Shown here: piece by piece, positions 37,031-45,652 of the stretch
How positions within the stretch are numbered: the stretch's first letter is position 1
How the letters are laid out: every line of letters starts with the position of its first letter
Source: Parcubacteria group bacterium M10-OD1-1
GTDB taxonomy: Bacteria; Patescibacteriota; Minisyncoccia; Moranbacterales; UBA2206
DNA length: 64,000 bases
NCBI GenBank assembly: GCA_003056145.1
Contig: LSNL01000003.1
Location: 137,993 to 201,992 of the forward strand
Direction of reading: 5' to 3'
Made by a program: the position numbers and the translations under genes
Notes under the pieces: generated by a model
Seen by the model: the letters and a program-made list of their open reading frames with translations, nothing else
Told to the model about the DNA's origin: nothing
The model's database searches: none

Positions 37031-38886
37031 TGAAAAAAGAAGAAACTGAAAAAATTTTAGATTCAATTAATTTTCCTCAAGATATTAGAAATCTTCCAGA
37101 AAAAAAAATTCCTCAACTTTGCGATGAAGTCAGAGAATTTCTTATTGAAAGCATTGCTGAAACAGGTGGACATTTTGGCTCTAATTTAGGAGTAGTAGAA
37201 TTAACAGTGGCTTTGCACAGAGTTTTTGATACCCCGAATGATTTATTAGTTTGGGATGTAGGTCATCAAGCTTATCCTCATAAAATTCTAACTGGAAGAA
37301 AAGGTAGATTAAAGACTATTAGAAAAAAAGGAGGTTTAGCTCCTTTTCCCAAAAGAGAAGAGAGTCAATACGATAGTTTGAGCGTGGGTCATACTAGTAC
37401 TTCTATTAGTGCTGCCTTAGGGATGACCGTAGCTCATCAAGGAGAAAAAGAAGCTCCTCAAGTTGTTGCAGTAATTGGTGATGGAGCGTTAGCTGGAGGG
37501 ATGGCTTTAGAAGCTCTTAATCACAGCGGGGATATAGAAGCTGATTTACTAGTTATTTTAAACGATAATAAAATGTCTATTTCTCCAAATGTAGGTGGAA
37601 TTAGAAAACATTTAACTAGATTAATTTCATCACCTCTGTATGTTTATTGGCACACCAAAGGAAATAAATTTCTCCGCCGAGTTCCAATGTTAAGAGAATT
37701 TATTCGTCGAGCCGATAAGTATATAAGAGGAATGATTACTCACGGAACCCTTTTTGAGGAGTTAGGTTTTAAATATTACGGTCCAATTGATGGTCATGAT
37801 ATTAAAACTCTTTTAGATGTTTTAATTAATTTAAAAAAAGTTAAAGGTCCAAAATTTTTACATATTATTACTAAAAAAGGCAAAGGTTATTTACCAGCCG
37901 AGCAAGATGAATTTTCTCTTCATGCGGTTAAGCCTTTTGATGTAGCGACTGGTCAAATAAAAAAAACAAAACCAAAAGTTATTTCTTATTCAGATGTTTT
38001 TTCTGATTGGATTTGTGCTAAAGCAGAAAAAGATAACAAACTTCATAGTATCACTCCAGCTATGGGTGAAGGGTCTGGCTTAGCTGAGTTTAGAAAAAAA
38101 TTTCCTGAACGTTTTCATGATGTCGGAATTGCTGAACAACACGCCGTAACTTTTGCTGTGGGTTTGGCTTGTGAAGGGAAACGACCAGTAGTTTCAATTT
38201 ATTCCTCTTTTTTACAAAGAGCTTATGACCAATTTATTCATGATGTTGCTTATCAAAACTTAAATATTCTTTTTGCTATTGATAGAGCAGGAATAGTTGG
38301 ACCAGATGGGGCGACACATAATGGAAGTTTTGATCTTTCTTTTATGCGGATTGTTCCTAATTTGATTGTTATGGTTCCAGCTAATAAAAATGAGTGTTAC
38401 TCAATGCTAGAAACAGGATATAGATACAAAGGACCAGTGGCGATTAGATACCCTAGAGGAGGAGAAAAAGGTGAATATAATCAGAAGGCTTATCTGATTG
38501 AAATTGGTAAAGCTAAGATTATTCAACAAGGAACTAAGATAGCAATTTTATCTTTTGGAGCTATATTAGAAAAGACTAAAAAAGTAGCTCAAAAACTAGA
38601 GGCTACTTTAATTAATATGCGATTCGTTAAACCTTTAGACGAAGAATTACTAAAAAATTTAGCTCAAGAATATGATTTTTTTATTACAGTAGAAGACAAT
38701 ACTATTTTAGGTGGAGCTGGAAGTGCAGTTAATGAATTTGTTTTAAATAATTCGTTAGAAGTTAAAGTGAAAAATATTGGACTGCCTGACAAATTTTTGG
38801 GAGCTGGAACTAGAGAGGAAATTTTAGCTGATAATAATTTAAATGAAGAAAAAATTTTAAAAACAATAGAAAAGTTTATTTCATAA
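37030..38886 (+). CDS. dxs: 1-deoxy-D-xylulose-5-phosphate synthase
   Basis: GGHFGSNLGVVELT, WDVGHQAYPHK, GDGA...EALN, GIAEQHAV, DRAGIVGPDGATH. Confidence 0.96.
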   Translation: MKKEETEKILDSINFPQDIRNLPEKKIPQLCDEVREFLIESIAETGGHFGSNLGVVELTVALHRVFDTPNDLLVWDVGHQAYPHKILTGRKGRLKTIRKKGGLAPFPKREESQYDSLSVGHTSTSISAALGMTVAHQGEKEAPQVVAVIGDGALAGGMALEALNHSGDIEADLLVILNDNKMSISPNVGGIRKHLTRLISSPLYVYWHTKGNKFLRRVPMLREFIRRADKYIRGMITHGTLFEELGFKYYGPIDGHDIKTLLDVLINLKKVKGPKFLHIITKKGKGYLPAEQDEFSLHAVKPFDVATGQIKKTKPKVISYSDVFSDWICAKAEKDNKLHSITPAMGEGSGLAEFRKKFPERFHDVGIAEQHAVTFAVGLACEGKRPVVSIYSSFLQRAYDQFIHDVAYQNLNILFAIDRAGIVGPDGATHNGSFDLSFMRIVPNLIVMVPANKNECYSMLETGYRYKGPVAIRYPRGGEKGEYNQKAYLIEIGKAKIIQQGTKIAILSFGAILEKTKKVAQKLEATLINMRFVKPLDEELLKNLAQEYDFFITVEDNTILGGAGSAVNEFVLNNSLEVKVKNIGLPDKFLGAGTREEILADNNLNEEKILKTIEKFIS

Positions 38887-39271
38887 ATCCAAAGTGTTTA
38901 AGTGTCGGAAGAATATTGGGTGCCAAATTTTCTTTTTTTAAATCTTCTAATAAAATCCACTCAGACTTTCTAATATCTTGACCTAGTTTAATTCTTCCTA
39001 TTCTTTTAGCCAGATAATGAACTAGAATAACATCAACTTTTTCGTCTTTAATTTCTTTAATAGTATGGAAGAGAAAAGGAGTTGGATTTAAAATTTTTAT
39101 AGTTATTCCTATTTCTTCTTTAGCTCTTCGGATAGCTGTTTCCATTAAAGATTCTCTTTCCTTTCTTTGTCCTCCGCAAAATTTCCAAAATTTTGTATCA
39201 CCGTGTTGATTAAGAATAACTTTGTTACTTTCAACAATAACTGGACCAGAAGCGATAATTATTTTTGACAT
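38876..39271 (-). CDS. NUDIX hydrolase
   Basis: GG-x5-E-x7-RRAKEEIG variant Nudix box. Confidence 0.8.
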   Translation of the reverse strand: MSKIIIASGPVIVESNKVILNQHGDTKFWKFCGGQRKERESLMETAIRRAKEEIGITIKILNPTPFLFHTIKEIKDEKVDVILVHYLAKRIGRIKLGQDIRKSEWILLEDLKKENLAPNILPTLKHFGFMK

Positions 39272-39316
39272 AATAGTTTAATTTAAAAATAATCAATATG
39301 TTTAAATATATTTTAC

Positions 39317-39366
39317 CATATAAGTATCTTTTAATCGATAGCCGAGTTTTCGGTAGTAATCACGGA
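39317..39366. repeat. 50-bp exact direct repeat, copy 1 (duplicate of elp3 3' end)
   Basis: CATATAAGTATCTTTTAATCGATAGCCGAGTTTTCGGTAGTAATCACGGA, identical to 40381..40430. Confidence 0.97.
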
Positions 39367-39566
39367 TATTCTTTAAGTTGAGAATATTTTAAATAAACCA
39401 ATAAGTAACTAATAATTAATTTGATAGCTTGATAAAAGGCTGAAAATATGTATATAATATATCAATACGCTGAATATTAGCGTAAAGTTCTTTAACTAGA
39501 AGGCGAGTCTAGTGCTTTGGTATAATACTAAGGCGAGAGAAGAGCCAATATCGGAGGAGAGTTGAC

Positions 39567-40232
39567 ATGGGAAAGGAAATATGGGTTGAAAGCTTTGTGA
39601 GTGTCCTTATAAAAGATCTTGACGAGCTAGGAGTAGATAAAGGAAAACTAAAAGATTATAGAGTAATAGCTCGTTTGTGTGCTGAAAAAATTGCGAAAGT
39701 GGCTAATAGTAAAAAGAATGATTTAAGGGAGGTGCCACCTTTACTCAGTTTATCAGTTGACGTTGCAATCATACCCGATCGAGATGAAGATTTTATTGTT
39801 AAAAAAAGCTTTGTAAAATATTACGGAAGTAATTTTAATAAATGGTTTTTAGATAAGGTGGAGAGTCCGATATCTGGAGTCACTTTGGGTGCTTGTCTGC
39901 TTATGAGCCGTTCAATGGATCCAGGAATTATTTCCGAACTTGGAGGGAATCTTAAAGCGAGGATAACCCTTGCTGATATAGACCACGCCAAAAAAATCGG
40001 AGCTCTAGAAAAAAGTTGTATCTATATTGGTTATATGGAAGATGAGATTCGTTTTCTGTCCGATAAGCTTTTTATGTATATAAACGAGAAAGGCGAGAAA
40101 AAAGTTCTTCGAGCTGTTTATTTCAATTGGATTAATGGCGACGGGTGGTTTGTAGATGCTTATCCAATCAATGATTTGAAGGGTTGGTATAGGGGGCGTT
40201 GGATAATCTCTCCTCTAAATTTTAGGTCTTAA
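39567..40232 (+). CDS. Hypothetical protein with C-terminus resembling CPR DGR target (CLec-like) proteins
   Basis: SD GGAGG; C-terminal RAVYFNW.NGDGWFVDAYP....GWYRG.WIISP pattern (recognised from memory, unverified). Confidence 0.7.
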   Translation: MGKEIWVESFVSVLIKDLDELGVDKGKLKDYRVIARLCAEKIAKVANSKKNDLREVPPLLSLSVDVAIIPDRDEDFIVKKSFVKYYGSNFNKWFLDKVESPISGVTLGACLLMSRSMDPGIISELGGNLKARITLADIDHAKKIGALEKSCIYIGYMEDEIRFLSDKLFMYINEKGEKKVLRAVYFNWINGDGWFVDAYPINDLKGWYRGRWIISPLNFRS

Positions 40233-40254
40233 TTTTTTAGTTCTTTGCTTCTTT

Positions 40255-40299
40255 GACTCTTTGGAAAAATTTCTTCGGAAACATCCAAAGAGTTTTTTT
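40255..40299 (+). terminator. Terminator of the islet gene
   Basis: GACTCTTTGGA...TTTC-TTCG-GAAA...TCCAAAGAGTT-TTTTT. Confidence 0.75.
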
Positions 40300-40365
40300 A
40301 TTTAAAAGTATATTAAGTGATATTTTTTGTGCATACTGTGGAAGATTAGAAAAAGGATTAAAAGA

Positions 40366-41955
40366 TTATAGCTTCTTAATCATATAAGTATCTTTTAATC
40401 GATAGCCGAGTTTTCGGTAGTAATCACGGACACCTACCCCAGAAATGATTGCGATCTTATTAATTTTGAATTCTTTGCGAGCAATTTTCTCAGCTTCTTT
40501 GATTAGTTTTCTCCCTAGCCCAATATGCTGTGGGGAAGTTTTATCTTTTTTGTCTATCCGTGCGAGTTTTCCATAGGTGTGTACTTCTCGGATGATAGCG
40601 GAGTTTTGAAGTGTCTGGATAAAATGATCGTTATTATTTTTAGAGGGAATGCGTAAACGTAAAAGAGCAAAAAGTTTTTTCTTATCTGGAGAAACGAATC
40701 GTAAAAATATTTCCTTACCACCTGAGGCATCGTAGTTAATTCTATCTAAAATAATCTGTTCTTTAATTTTGTATTTCGCTCCAACTTCACGGCAACGAAT
40801 ACAGGGACATTTTGATTGAGGAATGATAATTTGTCGAAGATTAGAAACTTTTGGTCCAGCGATAATAGATGTTTCTGGAATATCACGCACAATTCTGGCA
40901 ATGCGGACATAGGGAACGATAGTCTCGTTTTTTATTTTAAGAACCAATCTTTTAAAAACTTTGTCTGAAAGTGGTTTGTAATTACCTCTTTTCCATAAGT
41001 TATACAAAAAACTACTTTTAACAACTACGGTCGGATAAATTTTAAGCATATCTGGTTGGAAATTAGAATTTTTAAAAAGTTCGTGAAACATTTTAAAATC
41101 TCTGACGGGAGTACTCTTAGGAAGTCCAGGCATCATATGATAGTTTATTTTGAAACCGGCGTCTTTAAGGAGTTGAGTGGCACGGATTGTTTCGTCAGTT
41201 AAATGTCCACGTTTATTAAATTTTAAAACATCATCAAAAATACTTTGCACTCCTAATTCTACCCGAGTGCATCCAAGATTGCGAAAATTTTTGATGTCTT
41301 GTTTATTAATATAATCTGGACGAGTTTCCAGCGTGAGCCCAATAATTCGGTGTTTAGCTTTTTCATTTCGGCTTTGTTCTTTTTGGAGATTACTTTTATA
41401 TTTTTTTATTTTTTTATTTTTGTGGTTATAATCATTGGCTGCACGAAAACATTCAGTAACAAATTTTTTTTGATAGGTCTTTGGTAAATAGGAAAAAGTT
41501 CCGCCCATAACGATAAGTTCAATCTTGTCAGTAGCATGTCCGTTGAGTTCTAACGCACGAATTCTATTTTGCACTTGGCGACGTGGAGAAAAGTGTGCGG
41601 TGATAGCACGCATAACTGCTGGTTCATTGGAAAGGTAACTTTTAGGCATACCTTTTTCGTTTGGACAATAAATGCATTTTCCCGGACATGAATAGGGTTT
41701 AGTGAGAACTGCAACGACGGCCACTCCAGATTGGGTTCGGATTTTTTTGCTCAAGAGATTTTTTTCCAAAAGAGGATTAGGAGCTATTTCTTTTTTAATA
41801 ACTAATTTATTGTAAACTTCTCTCAGGTCGGCATTAGTTGGTAAGGGAAGAGAAAGCTTCTTAGATATCTTTTTTTTGAGACGTAAAAAATCATTCAGAT
41901 TTTTGGGCTGTTCTTGTGTTGCTAACTTTATAAATTTGTCATATCCTTTAAGCAT
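40366..41955 (-). CDS. elp3: Elp3 tRNA U34 carboxymethyltransferase (radical SAM + KAT)
   Basis: CPGKCIYCP, KSYLSNEPA, IVMGGTF, ETRPD, RVELGVQS, KIYPT, CPCIRCRE, IREVHTYG, QHIGLG, ISGVGVRDYYRKLGY. Confidence 0.93.
   Translation of the reverse strand: MLKGYDKFIKLATQEQPKNLNDFLRLKKKISKKLSLPLPTNADLREVYNKLVIKKEIAPNPLLEKNLLSKKIRTQSGVAVVAVLTKPYSCPGKCIYCPNEKGMPKSYLSNEPAVMRAITAHFSPRRQVQNRIRALELNGHATDKIELIVMGGTFSYLPKTYQKKFVTECFRAANDYNHKNKKIKKYKSNLQKEQSRNEKAKHRIIGLTLETRPDYINKQDIKNFRNLGCTRVELGVQSIFDDVLKFNKRGHLTDETIRATQLLKDAGFKINYHMMPGLPKSTPVRDFKMFHELFKNSNFQPDMLKIYPTVVVKSSFLYNLWKRGNYKPLSDKVFKRLVLKIKNETIVPYVRIARIVRDIPETSIIAGPKVSNLRQIIIPQSKCPCIRCREVGAKYKIKEQIILDRINYDASGGKEIFLRFVSPDKKKLFALLRLRIPSKNNNDHFIQTLQNSAIIREVHTYGKLARIDKKDKTSPQHIGLGRKLIKEAEKIARKEFKINKIAIISGVGVRDYYRKLGYRLKDTYMIKKL
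40381..40430. repeat. 50-bp exact direct repeat, copy 2 (within elp3)
   Basis: Identical to 39317..39366; encodes (V)RDYYRKLGYRLKDTYM. Confidence 0.97.
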
Positions 41956-41962
41956 ATAGATT

Positions 41963-42670
41963 ATGAAGAAAAAAAGAATTAATAAAATTTTAAAAAATTT
42001 AGAAATCGGCTACGATTTAATAGCAGATAAATTTTCTGGAACTAGAAATTTTTTTTGGCCAGATCTGGAGTTTATTCAAGGCTATGTGAAAAATGATGAC
42101 CGTGTTTTGGATTTTGGCTGCGGTAATGGTCGTTTGTTGGAGATTTTGAAGAATAAGGCTATCACGTATGTCGGCACAGACATTTCTCAGAATTTAATAG
42201 AGCTAGCTAAAGCTAAATATCCTCAGCGCCAAAATGATTTTATAAAACTAAGTGGTCAAAGCATTCTACCATTTAATAACAATTATTTCAATGTAGTTTT
42301 TTCCATTGCGGTTTTTCATCATTTTCCCAGGGACTATGCTCAAATAATGGCTCGGGAAATTTATCGGATTACCGCTCCTAATGGGAAGCTAATTATTACT
42401 TGTTGGAATTTAAAACAGAAAAAATATTGGCGCAAATTATTTAATCTAAAATTAATTCTGCAAAAAATATTTCATACTAAAGAAGCCAAGAATTTAGGCT
42501 GGAAAGATGTTTATATTGACTTTAAAAATAATAAAGGGGAAATTTTTCAGCGTTTTCATCATTTTTATTCTTTGAAAGAGCTGCAAAAAATATTTTCTTC
42601 GGTAGGCTTTTCAATAGAGAAATGTTTTATTAAAGAAGGGAAAAATATCATTTTAATTGCCCAAAAATAA
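41963..42670 (+). CDS. Class I SAM methyltransferase, Trm9/ALKBH8-like
   Basis: YDLIADKFSGTR..FWP, LDFGCGNGR, SIAVFHH, CWNLKQ, DVYIDF, RFHHFY. Confidence 0.8.
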   Translation: MKKKRINKILKNLEIGYDLIADKFSGTRNFFWPDLEFIQGYVKNDDRVLDFGCGNGRLLEILKNKAITYVGTDISQNLIELAKAKYPQRQNDFIKLSGQSILPFNNNYFNVVFSIAVFHHFPRDYAQIMAREIYRITAPNGKLIITCWNLKQKKYWRKLFNLKLILQKIFHTKEAKNLGWKDVYIDFKNNKGEIFQRFHHFYSLKELQKIFSSVGFSIEKCFIKEGKNIILIAQK

Positions 42671-42786
42671 TTTTTCAAAATTGCTATTTAATTAAGAAAA
42701 ATATATAATAAAAATAATAATTCTCTGAGAAGTATTTAAAAGAGGTTAAACCTCTATATTCTATAAAATTCTAACAAAAATTTAGA

Positions 42787-44100
42787 ATGGATAATCCGAT
42801 TATTGAAGTTGAAAATTTAAAAGTTATTTATAATCAAGGGAAACAGAATGAGGTACGATCCCTAGATGGTATAAATGTCAAAATATACCCTAAGGAATAT
42901 GTAATTATCTTTGGTCCTTCTGGTTGTGGTAAATCAACCTTACTTTATTCGATGTCAGGTCTTCAAGCTCCAACAAAAGGGAATATTATCATTGAAAACA
43001 AAAAACTATCTCAAATGACCAAAAAAGAAAAAGTAACACTTCACCAAACTGAAATAGGAATGGTTTTTCAAGCTTTTTATTTAATTCCTTCTTTGACAAT
43101 CTTAGATAATATTTGCTTGCCAAGAGTTTTTTTAGGCGATTCAGTCGCTGAAAGAAAAGAGGCAGGCATAAAATTATTACATCGTTTTGAAATTGTGGAA
43201 CAATCGGATAAATTTCCTAGCCAACTTTCTGGAGGGCAAAAGCAAAGAGTTTCTATTGCTCGTTCTTTGGTTAATAATCCACAAATAATTTTTGCTGATG
43301 AGCCAGTAGGAAATTTAGATAGTATTTCCTCAGAAAATGTGATGAAAATATTTAAAGAACTGAATGAAAGGGATAAAAAGACTATTGTTTTAGTAACGCA
43401 TAATCCAGAGCATCTACATTATGCTGATCGAGTTATTTATATTAAAGATGGTAAATTAATCAAGGAAGAAGTTAATAAAGAAAAAAGACCAGGAGAGGCG
43501 TTAGAAAAGGCGCCTGATGTTAATTATGATGACCTAAGTAATGAGTTGAAACTTTTAATGAGAACCTTTAAAAATCTTTCTCTTCAACAAGTTGGTTCTC
43601 TTTTGGTTCCTTTTAAATCAGATCAATTGATGTCGCACATTTTATCTGAGCTTACTCAAGAGCAAATTCAGACTGCTGGCGCTTACTTGAAAGAATATCT
43701 TTTTCATAATATTGATTTAGAAACTTTTCAAAAAGATTTAGACATAGACTATACTAAAGGCGGAGCTAGTTGGAATAAACAACGAGTTAAAAGTTTCACT
43801 CAACGAATACAAAAAATAATTAACATTGCTGAATTAATTACTCAAGGAAAAGATCAAGAGGCTCTAAGAATATTATTAGAATATCTCTCTCAATTATTTA
43901 AACTTAAATTAACTGAAGAAAATAAAAGACTGTTTAACTCTTTTGTGGGAATGAGAATTAAAAATAAAATAGACAGGTTGGAGTTAGAAAAAAAATTAGA
44001 TACTCCAAAAATTTTAGGAGGTATTGGATTATATAAAAGTACAGCAGAAAAAATTTCTCGTGAAATAGAAATTATTATGCTGATGAAATATACTAATTAA
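42787..44100 (+). CDS. LolD/MacB-type ABC ATPase with ~200-aa C-terminal extension
   Basis: GPSGCGKS, LSGGQKQR, ADEPVGNLD, VTH. Confidence 0.92.
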   Translation: MDNPIIEVENLKVIYNQGKQNEVRSLDGINVKIYPKEYVIIFGPSGCGKSTLLYSMSGLQAPTKGNIIIENKKLSQMTKKEKVTLHQTEIGMVFQAFYLIPSLTILDNICLPRVFLGDSVAERKEAGIKLLHRFEIVEQSDKFPSQLSGGQKQRVSIARSLVNNPQIIFADEPVGNLDSISSENVMKIFKELNERDKKTIVLVTHNPEHLHYADRVIYIKDGKLIKEEVNKEKRPGEALEKAPDVNYDDLSNELKLLMRTFKNLSLQQVGSLLVPFKSDQLMSHILSELTQEQIQTAGAYLKEYLFHNIDLETFQKDLDIDYTKGGASWNKQRVKSFTQRIQKIINIAELITQGKDQEALRILLEYLSQLFKLKLTEENKRLFNSFVGMRIKNKIDRLELEKKLDTPKILGGIGLYKSTAEKISREIEIIMLMKYTN

Positions 44101-44117
44101 TAAAGCATTAATTTAAA

Positions 44118-45341
44118 ATGAAATTTAGAGATTTATTTTTACTTTCAACGAGGATGTTTAAAGCGAGAGCTTCGCGAACATTTTTGACAATTCTAGGAAT
44201 GAGCGTAGGAATTGGAGCAATTCTTTTCTTGGTCTCTCTTGGCTATGGTTTGCAAAAAACATTACTAGAAAAAATTACTACTTCTGATTCTCTTTTAACG
44301 CTAGATGTAACGTCCAATAGAACTAAAAAAGTAGAGTTGAATAAAGATTTTATTGATCAAATTAAATCTATTAGTGGTGTAGCTAAAGTCAGTCCAGCAT
44401 ATCAATTAGAAGCTCAAGGCAAAATGGATAATCTAAGGACTGATTTAAATGTTACAGTCGTAGATTCAGATTATTTAAAATTAGCTGGAATAAAATTAGT
44501 AGCTGGACAGCCAATTAGCGGTAAGAATATTAAGGGAATTGTTATTTCTACTCCAATAGCTAAAATATTTGGGAAAGACGCTCAGAATGTTATTGGTCAA
44601 GAAATGTCTTTTTCCTTTTCTTTGGGTGGGGAAAATAGAGCTATTCAGTTAAAAAATAATAATGGAGACATTTCTAAAAATCAACTTCATTATAATCCAG
44701 TTGGTGAATTTAAAATTGTTGGAGTTATAGATAGTGATGAAAGTGTGGTTTATCTCAATACACAAGCGTTAAAAGAACTAAAAATTTTAAGATTTAGTCA
44801 ATTAAAGGTAAAGTGTCAGAATAGTAAAATGATACCAGCCGTTCAAATTAAAATTACTCAATTAGGTTTTTTAGTCTCTTCTCTCTCTGATACTGTTGAC
44901 CAAGCAAATAAAGTTTTTCGAGTAGTGAAAATAGTATTGATGCTTTTTGGTATTATCGCTTTGATTGTTAGTGCTATCGGTATGTTTAATACTATGACTA
45001 TTACACTCTTAGAAAGAACGGAGGAAATCGGGATAATGAAATCTATTGGAGCTTCTGATGCAATGATTTCTTTAATGTTTGTTATGGAGTCTACTATTAT
45101 GGGACTGTTAGGGGGAATAGTTGGGATTATTATTGGTTGGCTGGAGGGTGAAATTTTTAATTTTGCTGTTAATTTAGTAGCTACTCACTTTGGAGGAGAA
45201 AAAGTAAATTTATTTTATAGTCCTCTTTGGTTTGTTTTATCAATTATTATATTTTCAGCGGTGGTAGGATTTTTAACTGGAGTTATACCTGCTAGAAGAG
45301 CTAGTAGGATTGATCCTTTAGAAGCTTTGAGGTATAAATAA
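44118..45341 (+). CDS. MacB/FtsX-family ABC permease
   Basis: RTFLTILGMSVGIG, ERTEEIGIMKSIGA, PARRASRIDPLEALRY. Confidence 0.92.
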   Translation: MKFRDLFLLSTRMFKARASRTFLTILGMSVGIGAILFLVSLGYGLQKTLLEKITTSDSLLTLDVTSNRTKKVELNKDFIDQIKSISGVAKVSPAYQLEAQGKMDNLRTDLNVTVVDSDYLKLAGIKLVAGQPISGKNIKGIVISTPIAKIFGKDAQNVIGQEMSFSFSLGGENRAIQLKNNNGDISKNQLHYNPVGEFKIVGVIDSDESVVYLNTQALKELKILRFSQLKVKCQNSKMIPAVQIKITQLGFLVSSLSDTVDQANKVFRVVKIVLMLFGIIALIVSAIGMFNTMTITLLERTEEIGIMKSIGASDAMISLMFVMESTIMGLLGGIVGIIIGWLEGEIFNFAVNLVATHFGGEKVNLFYSPLWFVLSIIIFSAVVGFLTGVIPARRASRIDPLEALRYK

Positions 45342-45515
45342 AAAAATATTTAAATATAAAAAAACAGACTGGAGTCTATTTTTGAAAAAAGCTTTATTTG
45401 TTATGCATATGATTTTATTTTCTAAAGGAGATTTTCTATTTGTCAGTAGACCAGAAGTTTTCATCGTTTGAGAATAATAGCAAACAAATTAACTATGGTC
45501 ATATATAAATTCTAG

Positions 45516-45599
45516 TGCCTCGGGAGAGACTTGAACTCTCACGATGTTGCCATCGCGGGATTTTGAATCCCGTGCGTCTACCAATTCCGCCACCGAGGC
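45516..45599 (-). tRNA. tRNA-Leu(CAA)
   Basis: Reverse complement GCCTCGGTGGCGGAATTGGTAGACGCACGGGA-TT CAA AA-TCCCG, long variable arm, GTTCAAGTC; no CCA. Confidence 0.95.
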
Positions 45600-45652
45600 C
45601 TATTTTGTTTTTAAGATAGTTTATAGTACAATAAACTTATCACTTATAGATT

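Larger units (their letters stand above)
39317..40430. mobile_element. ~1.06-kb genomic islet inserted in the 3' end of elp3, no recombinase inside
   Basis: Flanked by exact 50-bp direct repeats; contains own promoter, SD, one ORF and terminator. Confidence 0.7.

Noticed and set aside
40328-40345. Two tandem DnaA-box-like 9-mers (TGTGCATAC, TGTGGAAGA) in the islet
   Set aside because: Each has mismatches and only two copies exist; insufficient for an origin call.
45342-45515. Integrated element at the tRNA-Leu 3' end
   Set aside because: No duplicate of the tRNA 3' end or integrase found in the window.
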